A stretch of 64,000 nt of DNA from Leptogorgia sarmentosa (taxonomy: Eukaryota): NCBI GenBank assembly GCA_964658305.1, contig OZ210884.1, positions 6,882,001-6,946,000 of the forward strand, in the 5' to 3' direction. A program made the translations under genes and the position numbers. The notes under the pieces are model-generated. The model saw only the letters and a program-made list of their open reading frames with translations. It did not search any database and was not told the DNA's origin. The first letter of the stretch is position 1. Every line of letters starts with the position of its first letter. Below, piece after piece: positions 26,714 through 39,680 of this stretch.

Positions 26714-28467
26714 CTGGATTGTATTATGAGGCAGTCTGATCATTCCTATCGCCTTTGCTTAAAATGTCAAATTACAGTGTATGGTTTAGGTAGTGAATAC
26801 AACTTTTGCTGCTTTTGATAAATACGTCTGAACTTCAAGACCTATGTCTTGGTTGAGCAAAGCAGTTTAGACGTACGATAACTATTGGCCGTAGACACTA
26901 GCTTCCCTGTGTGTACCAATTCCAAATGCCCTCGCGACGTTAATTTGATACCTTTTAACCTTAGCATCAAACGCTTTAACCGTTTAGTGATATTCATTGC
27001 ATACACTTTCAAATGCTGCAAAAAGAGCAGATTCGTCAGTCACGAAAACAACTGCAGCAAGGCGAGATTGCCCATGAACATAACTGCATGCATAACGTCT
27101 GCGGGGGAGCCATATTTCGTAATCATGTGCCCCATGATCAACACAGTTAAATACTTTGTGGAGACACAGCAAATGCATCAGCTGTGTCTAATAAATGCAT
27201 CAATTATGATGACTAGAAATTGTTCACAAAAGTTACCTTTTAATGTTTCTGTGAGTGAGTGAAGGTTTCGTTCTTGCATGTGCAGTGTATTTTCCTATTT
27301 ATTGATCTTAAAGCCTTCTTTGCTGTTGGTACTTCGCCAACTCCTTGTCCGTCGTTGATGTGTAATTATGTATATTAACCAGTCGGGCTACGAGGCTGGC
27401 TAAGCACATAGGTATTAACCAGTCGGGCTGGATTGAGTGGGAGGGAGAATTTGTAGTAGAATTTGTGCACACCTAAACTGCGCCAAAACACAGTTGATAA
27501 AATGCATGATGAGGTAGTTTATGTAAAAATATGTACAATAAGCACCTGATGAGATGTAGGCGATTTTTGCATGAGCCGATTTTTGCATAAATCTGAACAA
27601 TAACATAAAGAATGAGTTTTAAGTAAGCCTCCAAACCATGCATGTATATAATTCCATTTACTATGGCCAAATCTAATCAGCACTAGAAAGTTTTAAGTTT
27701 AATATTAAGTTGCAAGTGTAAAGACAACAAAGTATTTTGATATAGTATTTTGAAGTTAATACACAATTTCTACAAAAATATGACATATTTATTGATTAAA
27801 ATAAAATTTGTCGTTAAAAAATCTTGAATAAAAATGAAATATCTTTACATCCTAAATTAGATTTACGTTTTCTAAACTTCGCATGCATCGAAGGGCTTCC
27901 TCGGTAGCACTGCAGTTAACACACAGCCTGGAAAAAATAAAAAAAGAAATTTCAGGACAATTAAACTTATTATAACGTTTTATGTGTTGCTGGCAAAGTT
28001 TTATCAATTATATATAGTTGCATAAATCAAGTAATTTGCTATAAGAATTAATCTTCTAACTACAACCTAGGTGAATTATCTATAGTCAATTGGAAACAAG
28101 AAACTTAATTTTCTAGTGTTAAAATTTAACCCAGTGTTTAGTTTGTGTATTTCTGTATATCTGTTTACTTCAAAACTTTAAAGTAGAAAACTCTTAATGA
28201 TCTAGACAAGATTTCTGAAGAAACATTTCTAAATTCAAAAACAAATTGTTGGAGAATTTGCTTTGAATTTTGAGTTAACCCTGGGTTAAACTAACTGGCT
28301 TTTGAACAACCGACCCCTATCGATCCCAATAGACCTTTCCAAAGCTTTTTCATTTTCTATTTATAGAAATAAAAATTCCACCACATTTCTATCGCAGATA
28401 TTTTTCGGGGAAACGTTATACATGTACCTACCGCACACATCACATAAACGCAGCAGCTCAATAATCT

Positions 28468-31400
28468 TTAGGACCTCTTGTCGAAATTACTACCGCACGT
28501 AAATAACCATCCACCACGTCGTCCTCTTTTTCGCTTCTTCGCATTACCTGACGTCAAGACCTACACATGGTAAAACAAAAACAAGCACTAGTAGTAGTGT
28601 ATCGATCGTCAATAGTTAATCAATTTCATGCGATTTTGAAGTGCACTAACCAAATAGTGCACTGGGACATAGGCTATAAACGCACATGGTTGGCATTTGC
28701 GATTCTTTCTAGATGTATTTGTGATATTTAGTACATTCTCGTACGCTCTACACTGGCCACATTGTGAAATATACGACTAAACAAACTCAAACTCACTAGA
28801 TTATCATCATCTTGTAAAGAAAAACAAGGCACAAAATTCTGGTGATAAGGCAAAATGCGATATTGCGAGTCATTGACCACCAGAATTTTTTGCCTTTTTC
28901 TTTAAATAATTCAACTCTTCAGTTTAGAAGATGATGATATTCGGAGTTTGTTTCGGAATTCATTAAACTGTCTACGGGAAACAGACACAGTGAAATGTCT
29001 TGGACATACCACGCTTGAAGCGTCGCTTTCGCTACGCTTCCGTTTGACTCCTAGCGCCTTATCTTTTACTTCTATCAGGTCTTCACTCGTAGTGCCGATC
29101 TCATCTCCACCAGTCGCACTCTGGGATATATACCCCCGGGTATGGTTCTCCTTGTCATCTTCACCCAGGGAACTGTGTAAAGACGTTAACGAAGATGTTT
29201 CCGAGGGTGTTATCAATTTTGCGTTTTCTCCATGTTCGTCGTTGTCGTCGCCATTTAGCACATCACTTTGCCCTTGGACGTTTTGACTTGGTTCGTCATC
29301 ATCCAAAGAACACTCTTTGCGCGGGCTCAGGCATCGGAACGGATATTGTGCCTGGGATATAAATACAGTAAAAAGAAATTATACAGAATTTTGAAGGAAG
29401 AACGTACATAAGAAAACACAGCAAACTCTCAGTCAACTCGGTACTGCGGAAAAAGGGGTATAATGGGGTGGAATGGGGAACAAGAGGGGAAGACTAGAGT
29501 GCATTGGGGGGGGGGATGGGGAGCATCACGTGGAAATGGGAAGGGCCATAGGGGGAAGACTTGGGGAGGCGGGGGAAGACTGATAAACTCAGAAAATAAA
29601 TAAGGATTCAAAGTGAAAATGATAAGTATTTTTCCTGTTTTACTCCCACTTGAAATTGCAGCATGTTGTAAATTTTGAAGAAATACTCCATAGTCGTGCA
29701 CCATTTATTGACAATTCCTACATTTGACGTTTTGTATTTCGTCTAGTGACGCCACTAGTGCGTTGAATATGACAGCAAAATGAAGACCTCGTAATTTGTG
29801 GACAAAGGGTACACAAAAACGCTGACAATTATTGTATTGTCACGACAACCAAATCAACAATGGAAAATGAAAAAATTTAATTAAATTTCAGTCACGATTT
29901 ATTTGCGTGTCATTTAAAGATATTGTAAAGTACGTTCCACGCGTAACTGATGGGATCATAAAAGATAAACACAATTAAAATTCCTTAATCTTTTTTAAGG
30001 CTGGGGCAAATATTGATGTATTCGTGTTCTGCATTACTAGAAATCAATTGTTTTCAAGGTCTGTGAACACGAATATATGCATATGTGTCCCCCCCCCCTT
30101 CCACCCATTTATTGATCTTCCGCGGCCGCCATAACAGTGTTCCTATTAGATATTCAGTTAGTATGGCATATTTTACAAATGTCGCAGTTCGCAATATAAA
30201 CAAAGCGTTTGCTTACATTACACTTTACACCACCTTTTGTATGAAATTAAAGGTATTTTGCTGAATTTTGCGTTTATAAATGCGTGGTGGTGCACAGAGG
30301 TCAATGGGTTAAAAAATTTATTCACTAAAAAAAGTTATTCTTACGTTTTTCCCAGAACTTTCAGTGTGGTGACCGCTGTCCCATTTTCGTTCATTTGTCT
30401 TCTTCGCAGGCGCTCTTCTGATTGCTCTCCTTGAATTATTACATGCTGGGCGTTTTGGTTCTTGTACTGCTGAACTGGAATCTCCAGTAGACCTAGTAAA
30501 AGAAACAAGTGTATTAAAATAGAAAAGATTTTTGTCGAGCGAAACATCCTCGGTAAAGGAGTGTACTTTTCCAACTTATTCTTTGGGCACAGTAAGGCCT
30601 GGTTTATACAGCGTGCTATGAGCGCACCGAACCAATTTTTAAATTAGCACGGCCAAGCACGCTAATAGCACGCATTCTGATTTATACGTAATCATGACGT
30701 AACTAATCTGAGCGAGCTAATTTTTCAAGTTGAGATAAAGAGCCTGGGTGCGAGCGTAACATTAATACATTTATAATAAATTATAGGCAATTATCATATG
30801 ATATGTTCGCTGATGGCACGGTGGTTTAAATCAAAGGCGTGCTTAACCGTGCTACGAGCGTTCGGCACGCCTCCGACGAGCAAACGGCACGGTCAGGAGC
30901 GAACCTAATTCAGAGAGTGAACCAATTTGATTTAGACAGCGTGCTTTGAGCGAACTTATTAGTGAAGTAATTGGTTCGGTGCGCTCATAGCACGCTGTAT
31001 AAACCAGGCCTAACATTTCAAGGCCAAAACCAGTTATTTATGTTGACCGAGACGTAAATTTGATCCTCCCCCTCCATTAGGATTTTCTGACGTATCCGAA
31101 TTGGCTATTTCATAGCTATTTCATCTATTTGAAAAAATAGTTCCGCGAATGCATTATTTATTTACGTAATATTTACAGATACTTAGGTAAATGTCATTTG
31201 AACGATATACTATACATGCACAAGCGTGTTATGCTGAATTCGTTAGACGGATCAACGATGGATTACTTTCTCAACATGATATGCATATTTATTTTCAACG
31301 CTCTGTTCTTCTTCTCAGGAATTTGTTTGAATTCCTTTGTCATACTCAGTTTCTTGAGATCTGCACAACTTCGTAAGAAAACTTGTCATTTCATGGTATT

Positions 31401-34400
31401 GGTTTTGTCGTGTTTCGATTTGCTTGCAATTTTAACGAATCATCCATTGATGGCGGTGATCGCGATGATGTGGTTGACTGGAAAGTTGGATGAATGGCCG
31501 AGCTGGGTGGATGAATCCCTAAACCAAACGAATCTCTTCCTTGGCTTTTCTTTGCTCGTCCTTTTACTCATGAACTTTGATAGATATTTGGCGGCATATT
31601 ACCCGATTTTTCATCGAACAACGGTAACCAAGGCCGGACTTGTAGCCCTTCTTCTCATGTTAATCCTATCTGAAGTGCTGCTGGACGTGATGTGTTTAAT
31701 AGACGAATTAGTTTTATCGCACCAAAATGGTCTTCTAATCTTCCTCAGTATCATCCTTTCTCCGATGTTATATATCAATTTTAAATTGCTTACAGTCGTG
31801 AGGAAGAGACGCAAAAACAACAAAGTGTCACCTGCCACAAAGCAGACATTTTCTCTGAAAAATATATCGAGCTGTCTACTAGCAGTGGCTTGTTTTCTTA
31901 TATTATCCATCCCATCATTCGTATATATTGGGCTGAAGATGACCTCCAAAGCGACAACATTTCGTTTGGATAAAGCGGACATGGTTGGAATCTGGGCCAA
32001 AACCATTGGCTCAATGAATGGAACGTTTAACTGCCTAATCTTCTTCTGGAGAAACAAGATTTTGCGTGCTGAAGGAATGAAGATAATCAAAAGCCTGAGA
32101 AAAAAACGCATTCTAATTCAAGTGAGAACAAGAGAAGGAGCAACAGCAAATTAATCATGTATATAAATATACAGAATATAGACAGCGTCAAACCTCAGCT
32201 AGAAACGAGACGCGATGTAATGGCGCCACTAAATCATTCCAAAATGTTCACGTGAAGCAAGATGGATACGAAGAACATTTAATTTTGTCATACTCGTCTA
32301 TATTTATTAAAAGAGGGAAGTCACACTGGAAGTCGCGGAAAAAATTGCAAGAAACTACATAAGCTGTTGAGCTAGAAACTAAACGCCTGAGAAGAAAGAC
32401 GAGTCCAGTTCAAGTACAGTAAGAATAAGGAAAGACACAACAGCAAAATAATCACTTAGCTACAGCAGTAGAATATAGCTATGTACAGGACAGTTGACAA
32501 ACTTTATGTCATATGCTGCTGCATGTTTAATCTACCAAAAAATGAAAACATTGCATGCTTTTTTTGTAGTTCAAGGATAAAGTTTCGTTCTTATCGACAT
32601 GACGATCTTAACTGCTCGTTATAACCGCTCGTTATAACCGCTATATATTGTCATTACAGTTTCCAATTCCTCAGGCTTTCCATTTAATTGATCTCACGAA
32701 ACTGTTAGGCAAATAAGCGCAGTTTAGTGTATCCAAAGTCATAAAAACTGTAATTATAATTAAATTTCTTTAGACATTTCAGTTGTATATGATCTCTAGG
32801 TAAATTTTATGGAAGCTCAGATATAGAATGATGCGGGAAATCAGCGCTTGGGCCATATGTTTACTAAAGTGGGCATGCATGATAAAATAGAATTTGATAA
32901 AATATAAATGATTTTCTCTCAAACTCTAGCGATGTTTCAACATGATGCAAACTAATAACAGTATAGTAAAACGTGCTATACGTAAAAATTGCTGTGCTCA
33001 TATACTGCATGTAATCCCAGTGCATGTAGTTTTCTGGGTTTTTATGTACTGTTTAATTACTGTAAAGGGCAGGACTTTGTTATCTTGTTTTACTCTACTA
33101 ACTTTACTACATGTATACTGTAACTGACAGTGGTATACAGTGAGCTCCATCATGTGTGTATATCTAGTAATACTAGTATCACTAATTCAAACTGCTTTCT
33201 GGATTCCCTACATACATGTATGTGAACAGTCAGCTCAGAAGACAGAACTTACTCAATCATTTTCCTGATTTCATTCAACCATGATTTGGCTTCACCTTGA
33301 GACTTTGAAAACAACAACAAAGTTCTTTCTTCACACTCAATCTAAGGAAATGGTGAAAACGAATTTTTACTCGCTTTACTTTAGATATTATACCCTGACA
33401 AGACAGAATTAGCCATTTCCCAATCGAGCAAAGGACTGGGTCCGCTTAAAGATTGGAAAACATATGAGCGAGCTAAGTAATAATATATTAAAAGGTGCCT
33501 TAATTATATTTTTTACATTTCAGGCTGCACAAAGAACTTTAGAAAGTTAGAAAATCTTCAGGAAAACTTCCTAGATGTCATATTCGGCATATTTTATTTT
33601 TGCTTCTCTACAATAGTATAAAATTGTGGACAATTGCGATTGGCTTCTCCAAAACAAGCGACTAGATTCGGTTCCTGCTCGATTTGAAAATGGTTAATAG
33701 CACTCACGGAAAAAAGAGCTCCTCCTTCACTTGTGTTGCCATCACCCATGACTTCGTGAACTTTGCACTGCTGCAATGGAAACACTTGCAGACACAGGAA
33801 AGGCCTAGTAAAACACAAATAGATCATCCATCAAAACGAACGAAACGAGCAAATTTTTTTGAACAAACGAAACCAATAACCAAGGTAAAACTGCTATACT
33901 CTATTGTATCCCGAAAAGAGAGACTGTTGTGGCAAAGATACTTACCTACTACTTTCTTTCTCGTTATTCTTCTTGGCATAAATCAAGATATCAGAGAATA
34001 GGAAAAATGTTCTCTCTTTTGCTGATCTCCAACCTCGCTTACCAACCTCCAAAGAAAACGACATTGGTGTTTAGTGTCGGTTCCTTCATACAACCAAGCT
34101 TGCAAACAAGATAGCGCAACCAGTGGCGTAGCAGGGGAAAGTGGGGCCCTCAGGCATATTTAGTGTGTGGGAGGGGGGGGCAGTTGACTGTTGTCATGGT
34201 TTCACTGAACAGTGCTGAGTGCTGAAGCCTGATCTTTTCATTTATAGTTCGGAAGTTGTATTTAATGTAACCCTTTGCAGCCATTGATTCTTATTTCGTA
34301 ATCTACAGTTTTTACATGTTTTCACTAGAATATACCGTTTCCTTACTTTTTGTCCGGTAGGCTGTGGCCAATGGGCCCCTACCTGACGAGCGCACACCAC

Positions 34401-37400
34401 TGAGCAGCAGAATTGAACAAGTTGCGCAACAATTGAACCATGCCTTAGCCTCATTCTTCATGCAGTGGCAAAAATAACGCACTATATGTCGGTACAATTT
34501 TTGGATGCTCGAAGTTTCAAGAATAATTTCGATCCCATCTGTGATCTGAATACTGTACAAAACTTACCTTTAATAAGGTACCTTCCTTGAGAAAGACACG
34601 GCCTTATAGAAAAGTATAAAATATGCATTTGGTATTTGGTATACGAAAGGTATTTGGAAAAAAATTTACAATAATCATATGCAGTTTAAACTTACCTGGA
34701 GCAAGTAACTTTGGTGCACCTTCACGACAAAAACTATTTTGAATACTTAACATTTTTTGAAAGTTTTCATGTTGACGAATGTTCTCATTAATATCGAGAG
34801 CAACCTTGCTTATTTGATCAACAGCCTCTACATGAAACATAACATAAACACCATATAACAATCATTAAATGTATTTTTACGGAGTGAATGCACAATTCGC
34901 CGTAATAAAACAAGGATTGCGGATGTACAATCTACGGTCAAACTATACTGTACCTTGCAGCTTAGCGAAGTCGGCATGGTCATCTTGTGTTTTCCACAAC
35001 AAATTTTCTAATAACATTTTGTATCTGAAAACAGCAAGTTACGTACAAATTCATACTGTACAGTCATGATTGCGTTGAAATGATGTAATTATGAAAATTC
35101 AATTCTTGCATGTAAATTAATAAGAGATCTCTTCTTAGTCTTCTACAATTATTCATTGACATTATTCGTTGTTTTTTTTTAAAAAGACAAGTCTGTTTAA
35201 TGCGTGTAAGCAGTATGAGAAGAGAAATACTTTAAAAGTCGTTGGAAATTGGAAAGCAATTAGGCCCGAACCACAGAGTATATATCAGACAGAGTTCTAA
35301 CTCAATATTAAATAGTGGCAATTTCATGCACCCACTTTTTTTAATGGCTTGCAAAAAATATCAACTACGCATGCTTGGCAAGTCATCAGGTCGTCATCCA
35401 ATCAGATGCACGCATCAAGTAACTTGCCGAGCATGCGCACAAAAAAGTAGATATAACAGTTAGACCTCTTGTATGTCTGTATTTATGTATAATTACTCTG
35501 TGCCTGCACTGAAGCAATTTACGAGAATTTCTACCTTGGTACTCTCTGAATAGGCGTTATTAACAAGGCATTTAACTTGAGGCCTTTTGCTTCTTCCAAG
35601 TTTTCTTGCTGTTCTTTAAACGCTGCAAACTTTGGACATTTCTTTTCCCAGTCCTAGATATTTAATAGCAAATTTCCAATTTATTGTGGTGTATTTTCGT
35701 GACGAATTTGTGGTGTAATTTCGTGACGAAATTTCAAAATTTCGTGCTGACATGTATACAGATGTCATAACCTGCTAATGGACGCCATTTTGGTTGACAC
35801 TTCGAAGTTTATCGCAGCTATTACAGCGAATAAACTCAGCTATTTCACAATTTCTTGGTACATATTGAAACTGACAATCATGCTTAATGTATTATTGACA
35901 TTTTGAAAAAGTGTTCATGTCTAATGCTTGTTCTGTTGTGCACGTACATATTTTGAAATGTAAACCAAAATGGCGGCCAATTGCAACAATTACTGTGCAG
36001 TCATTTAGTTTATTGGTGATTTTTTTGAAGAAATAAAATTTGCCTTAATCATGCCGCTAGGTCTTATATATTAGTACAGCAAGAACTCTATTGCCGCAAT
36101 TAGCAACGGTGCAGTACCTTATAAAATTTGACAAATTTGACAATAAAATATGTCATGATAAAAAAGAAATTACATTAATTGTTACACGGCTTAGCGATTC
36201 ATGTTAACTGCATGATTTTATGCTACCCGAACGGTGTATTAAAATATAAACCACAATGCAGACAAAAAAACAAACAGATAAGACAAAATTGTCAAATTTA
36301 TCAAATTTTATAATTAAGGTCAGTCATAAATTATGGTAATTGTATTCAGTGGTCCGTGCAATTTTTAGGTTTGAAAATGATTCCAATTTATAATCACAAG
36401 TTTCATTTCAAGTCCAAATTGCACGCAATTCGTGCAATTTCCACTTTATTGTATTCATTTTGAAATCTTGAACATTTCTTGCAAAGCGGAAGCGTTTTTG
36501 TCTGCGAAAGCCACACCTCCGTATGCTCCCTCATCAATGCTGTATCATAGCAACACTTGCAAAATGACAGTACAGTTTGTTAAACGGATAAATTTTCATA
36601 CAATGAAATTAATATAAATAAAGATCAAAGGACAACACATTGGTAAGTTTAATGTATTAAAGGTTGTGCGAGTCATTGGAACTATAATGAATAAAGCGAC
36701 AATTGATCGTTGATCTGGTCGCATTTTGACCGTGTTTTATCGGAGCAAGTTTTTGTTAAAAATTTGCTTCATTATATTTGTGAAATATCATCGCAATTCC
36801 TCGATAGTTTAACTTTCTTTATTTAAACACAAAATATTACAGTTAAGAGTATTTTAGTGAAACATGCAAATAACTTGTTTTGCTTTATTGCTCATTTATA
36901 ATTAGCCATGCGATATTTCTCTCGAACCTGATTGGCTGTTTGAGCAATATAAATAAATGTGATTGGTTGGCTAAAGTCAGTACTCCAACAGGATTGGTTA
37001 AGAAATTATGTGATTACAATTACAATAGTGGTATTACAGCTCCAGAATTATGCAATTTGGGTTGTAATTCACCACTATTTTTAACCAATCAGATTGCTTG
37101 GATTGTGTATGATTTCAAAATGAAAAAAATGTACAATAATTGTATCAATAAAGTAATTCTTGCTGGACTAACTTAGCCTCACTTTCGAGTTTTCTGAGTC
37201 ATATTGCTTTCCGAGGGTGTTAACTGTATACCTTTATTGTGTTGAGGGCTTTTTCAAAATTATTGGCATATGTACTGTAGAGTTTGAGAAATGGTGCCAA
37301 AGCAAGGAATGCATCACCAATGCCCATTGTTTCCATATGAACTAATAATTCCCGATTGACATTTTGTATTGCCTCAATGTTGGAGAATATTACATTAAGA

Positions 37401-38890
37401 ACATGATCAGGGAGTAATGCCCTTTCTCTTAATGGCGAAAGAAACAGCTACAGGAAAAAAAGAAACAAATATACAAAACATTGTATGACAATATATTTTA
37501 GCAGGGGTAAAAAGGGGAGGGTTGATTCACTCCAAAATTCTGAATCCCTCTCCAGATAGATATATATGTATATGCCTTGCTTTTTATAACATAACATAGT
37601 CTTCAAAAACTAAATAAAAAAGAACCTAGAAAAGCATTTGAATGTAACACATTCTAAAATACACAGTAATGCTAGAAAACATACAGTAAGTTAGAGAAAA
37701 ATCAAAGAATGTATCTTACAGATGTGACAAGATGAAGATGTTCTTGATAACTTTGTTCAGTTGAAAATATCTCATCAATAATTCTCCGTCTTTTCTTTCC
37801 ACTTGTTTTAGATGATTTGAGAATGTTACTGAGTTCATCTGACAGAACATGACTGGCTTGCGACACTTGTAGTGACAGAAAACGTCTTGCAGTTTGGACT
37901 AATAAATGATGATTTACATAATCACACTATACTTTTAAGTCAATTATTTGCTGGGGAATAGCTGGCCATTTTCTTCATCTACGAGTAAATCGTAGATGAA
38001 GAAAATGGCCAGCAAAAGGTCTTTGCACAAAACTTCGAATCTTATTGTACTAGTTAGGTAGTGAGTAGAGATTTCGCTCCTTGTTTGTTGACGTTGTTAT
38101 CTGCTACCTACACTGGCTACATATCAGAATTTTCTTGGTCTCCCTAAACCCAGCCACGTTTTAACAAACATGGCACGCTCTCCTGATTTTGATATTATTC
38201 AGATCATTTAGATTAACATTTTATTCATAAACGTATTTAACTCTTCAATGATAGTTTCATACTTTGATAAATCATGCATATATGAGCAACAACACAGACA
38301 TGTATAAACATTCAAACAACACAAGCTTGAATGGATAATACGACTTATAAAATACAGAATATACATACATTTTGGTCGTAGTGGACTGCCAAAAGAAAGT
38401 CGTGACATATTTGAGGTTTAAACTACTTCTTATTTGAGAAATATTCACAAGAGTATTGGAATTTTCTGGTAGAGATACAATTAAAAATTTGAATCTTCGC
38501 TGAACAACCCTTAAAAACTTATTGACCAATCACGTGCATGCGCGCCTGCCGGTATTTTTGTTCAGGGGACAGTCGAGGAAGTAACATTATTAGACCAAAC
38601 TTCATGTAAAACATCATACGTCAAAACATCATACTGGAGTTGACGACTGTTACGATACCTTATGACAAAAGTTGAGACGTGCCTCAACGTCCAGGGAATT
38701 TCTCAGTGTCAAAATTCAATAAGATATTTCCAACGATAGTTACCCCAGGACAACCGTCTATAAGGGAAACCGTCCCACCCCCTCACTTTTGGGAGTGGAT
38801 TGTCATCCTTGGCTATGCCCATGAATGATCTATCAGACTGTTGACTATCAAACCTTGTAAATCAGTGTAATACAGTATCTCACCATTCAT
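28468..38890 (-). CDS. Dbl-family Rho guanine nucleotide exchange factor (DH-PH; ARHGEF39/FGD-like); 14 exons, about 584 aa; termini less certain than core
   Basis: In-frame exons: 38890-38884, 37898-37720, 37447-37232, 35653-35535, 35024-34954, 34827-34696, 34602-34568, 34046-33946, 33804-33708, 33341-33253, 30492-30345, 29351-29010, 28776-28651, 28560-28468. DH motifs RRRIIDEIFSTEQSY, IFSNIE, PFLKLYSTYANNF, LLITPIQRVPRYKMLL; PH motifs RVFLKEGTL, ERTFFLFSDILIY, KSWLNEI. Confidence 0.85.
30596..31010. mobile_element. PIF/Harbinger (Tourist-like) MITE, 415 bp
   Basis: Perfect about 42 bp TIRs (GGCCTGGTTTATACAGCGTGCTATGAGCGCACCGAACCAATT); TAA at 30593-30595 and 31011-31013. Confidence 0.9.
31216..32154 (+). 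CDS. Intronless rhodopsin-family (class A) orphan GPCR, nested antisense in a RhoGEF intron
   Basis: Seven hydrophobic segments; LNSFVI (TM1), LSCFDL (TM2), MNFDRY (TM3), YPIFHR, and NGTFNCLIFFWRN (TM7 variant of NPxxY). First ATG at 31216; alternatives at 31231 and 31258. Confidence 0.92.
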   Translation: MHKRVMLNSLDGSTMDYFLNMICIFIFNALFFFSGICLNSFVILSFLRSAQLRKKTCHFMVLVLSCFDLLAILTNHPLMAVIAMMWLTGKLDEWPSWVDESLNQTNLFLGFSLLVLLLMNFDRYLAAYYPIFHRTTVTKAGLVALLLMLILSEVLLDVMCLIDELVLSHQNGLLIFLSIILSPMLYINFKLLTVVRKRRKNNKVSPATKQTFSLKNISSCLLAVACFLILSIPSFVYIGLKMTSKATTFRLDKADMVGIWAKTIGSMNGTFNCLIFFWRNKILRAEGMKIIKSLRKKRILIQVRTREGATAN

Positions 38891-39366
38891 ATTGCGCCAG
38901 AATCGGGACAATCTTAGCGAGCCAGAAATTATCAAATAAAATCTTTCGATAAACAGTGTAAAAAAGTTTTTGAGCATCAAAACCAGGGAATGCGTTACAG
39001 AAAATCTGCGATCATTATTAACAACAAGAACAAATAAAAGCAATAATATGACATAACCTTGGTAGTATAATTTATTCAATCTTTTCTATTTTTAAAACTA
39101 TCTAAGGTAATATAAAGCAGACGGTAAATATATTATATGCTGTCTGTAAACGATAAACATTTTGAACAATAGATAAATATATCCGACTCGAGTGAGCGTC
39201 TTTTCCCTATACTGCGACTCAACGTGTCGTCGGTGTCGATAAGAGACCCCAAGTTCAGACTGTCCGTTGCAAAGTTCATTCTTCACTCTTCAATGATGAT
39301 TGACAATCGGAAGGGACCGAAGGGTTAATTTGAAACGTTCGCCAATTCTGTTTTGTCGCTTTGATC

Positions 39367-39680
39367 ATAGGTAGTCCAACAAATAAAGTTTAAATTTTTC
39401 AGTAAAATAGCTTGTTCTTAACTATATATTCAAGCGCCTGGCGTCTATTGTAACGTCTATAAATGTATACGCATAGGCGTTAACGCTTGAATGTATATCT
39501 CACCGACGAGCTATTTTAAGGAAAAATAAATTTTACTTTATTTGTTGAGCTACTATGGTTACGTATAATAGTGAGTTTAAATTTTGACGCAGTTATATAA
39601 TTATAGCTACTTCGTGCTAGTTCCCCAAATTATGAAGTAGTAGCTAGGTACATATTTCTACGGAAGAAGAAAAAAGAAAG
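39367..39680 (+). repeat. Dispersed repeat, copy 1 (copy 2 at about 56329-56620)
   Basis: TAGTCCAACAAATAAAGTTTAA...TTACTTTATTTGTTGAGCTA inverted-end unit plus a shared about 120 bp tail, found in both places. Confidence 0.8.

Noticed and set aside
27005..27038. Minus-strand hammerhead (CTGACGA...GAAA)
   Set aside because: Stem II does not close next to the core, and there is no stem I or III.
26885..27360. Independent gene or further RhoGEF coding exons
   Set aside because: Some splice-like signals and short ORFs on both strands, but no recognisable domain or consistent model; may be UTR.
31611..32111. 166 aa antisense ORF
   Set aside because: Shadow of the GPCR coding strand with no recognisable motif.
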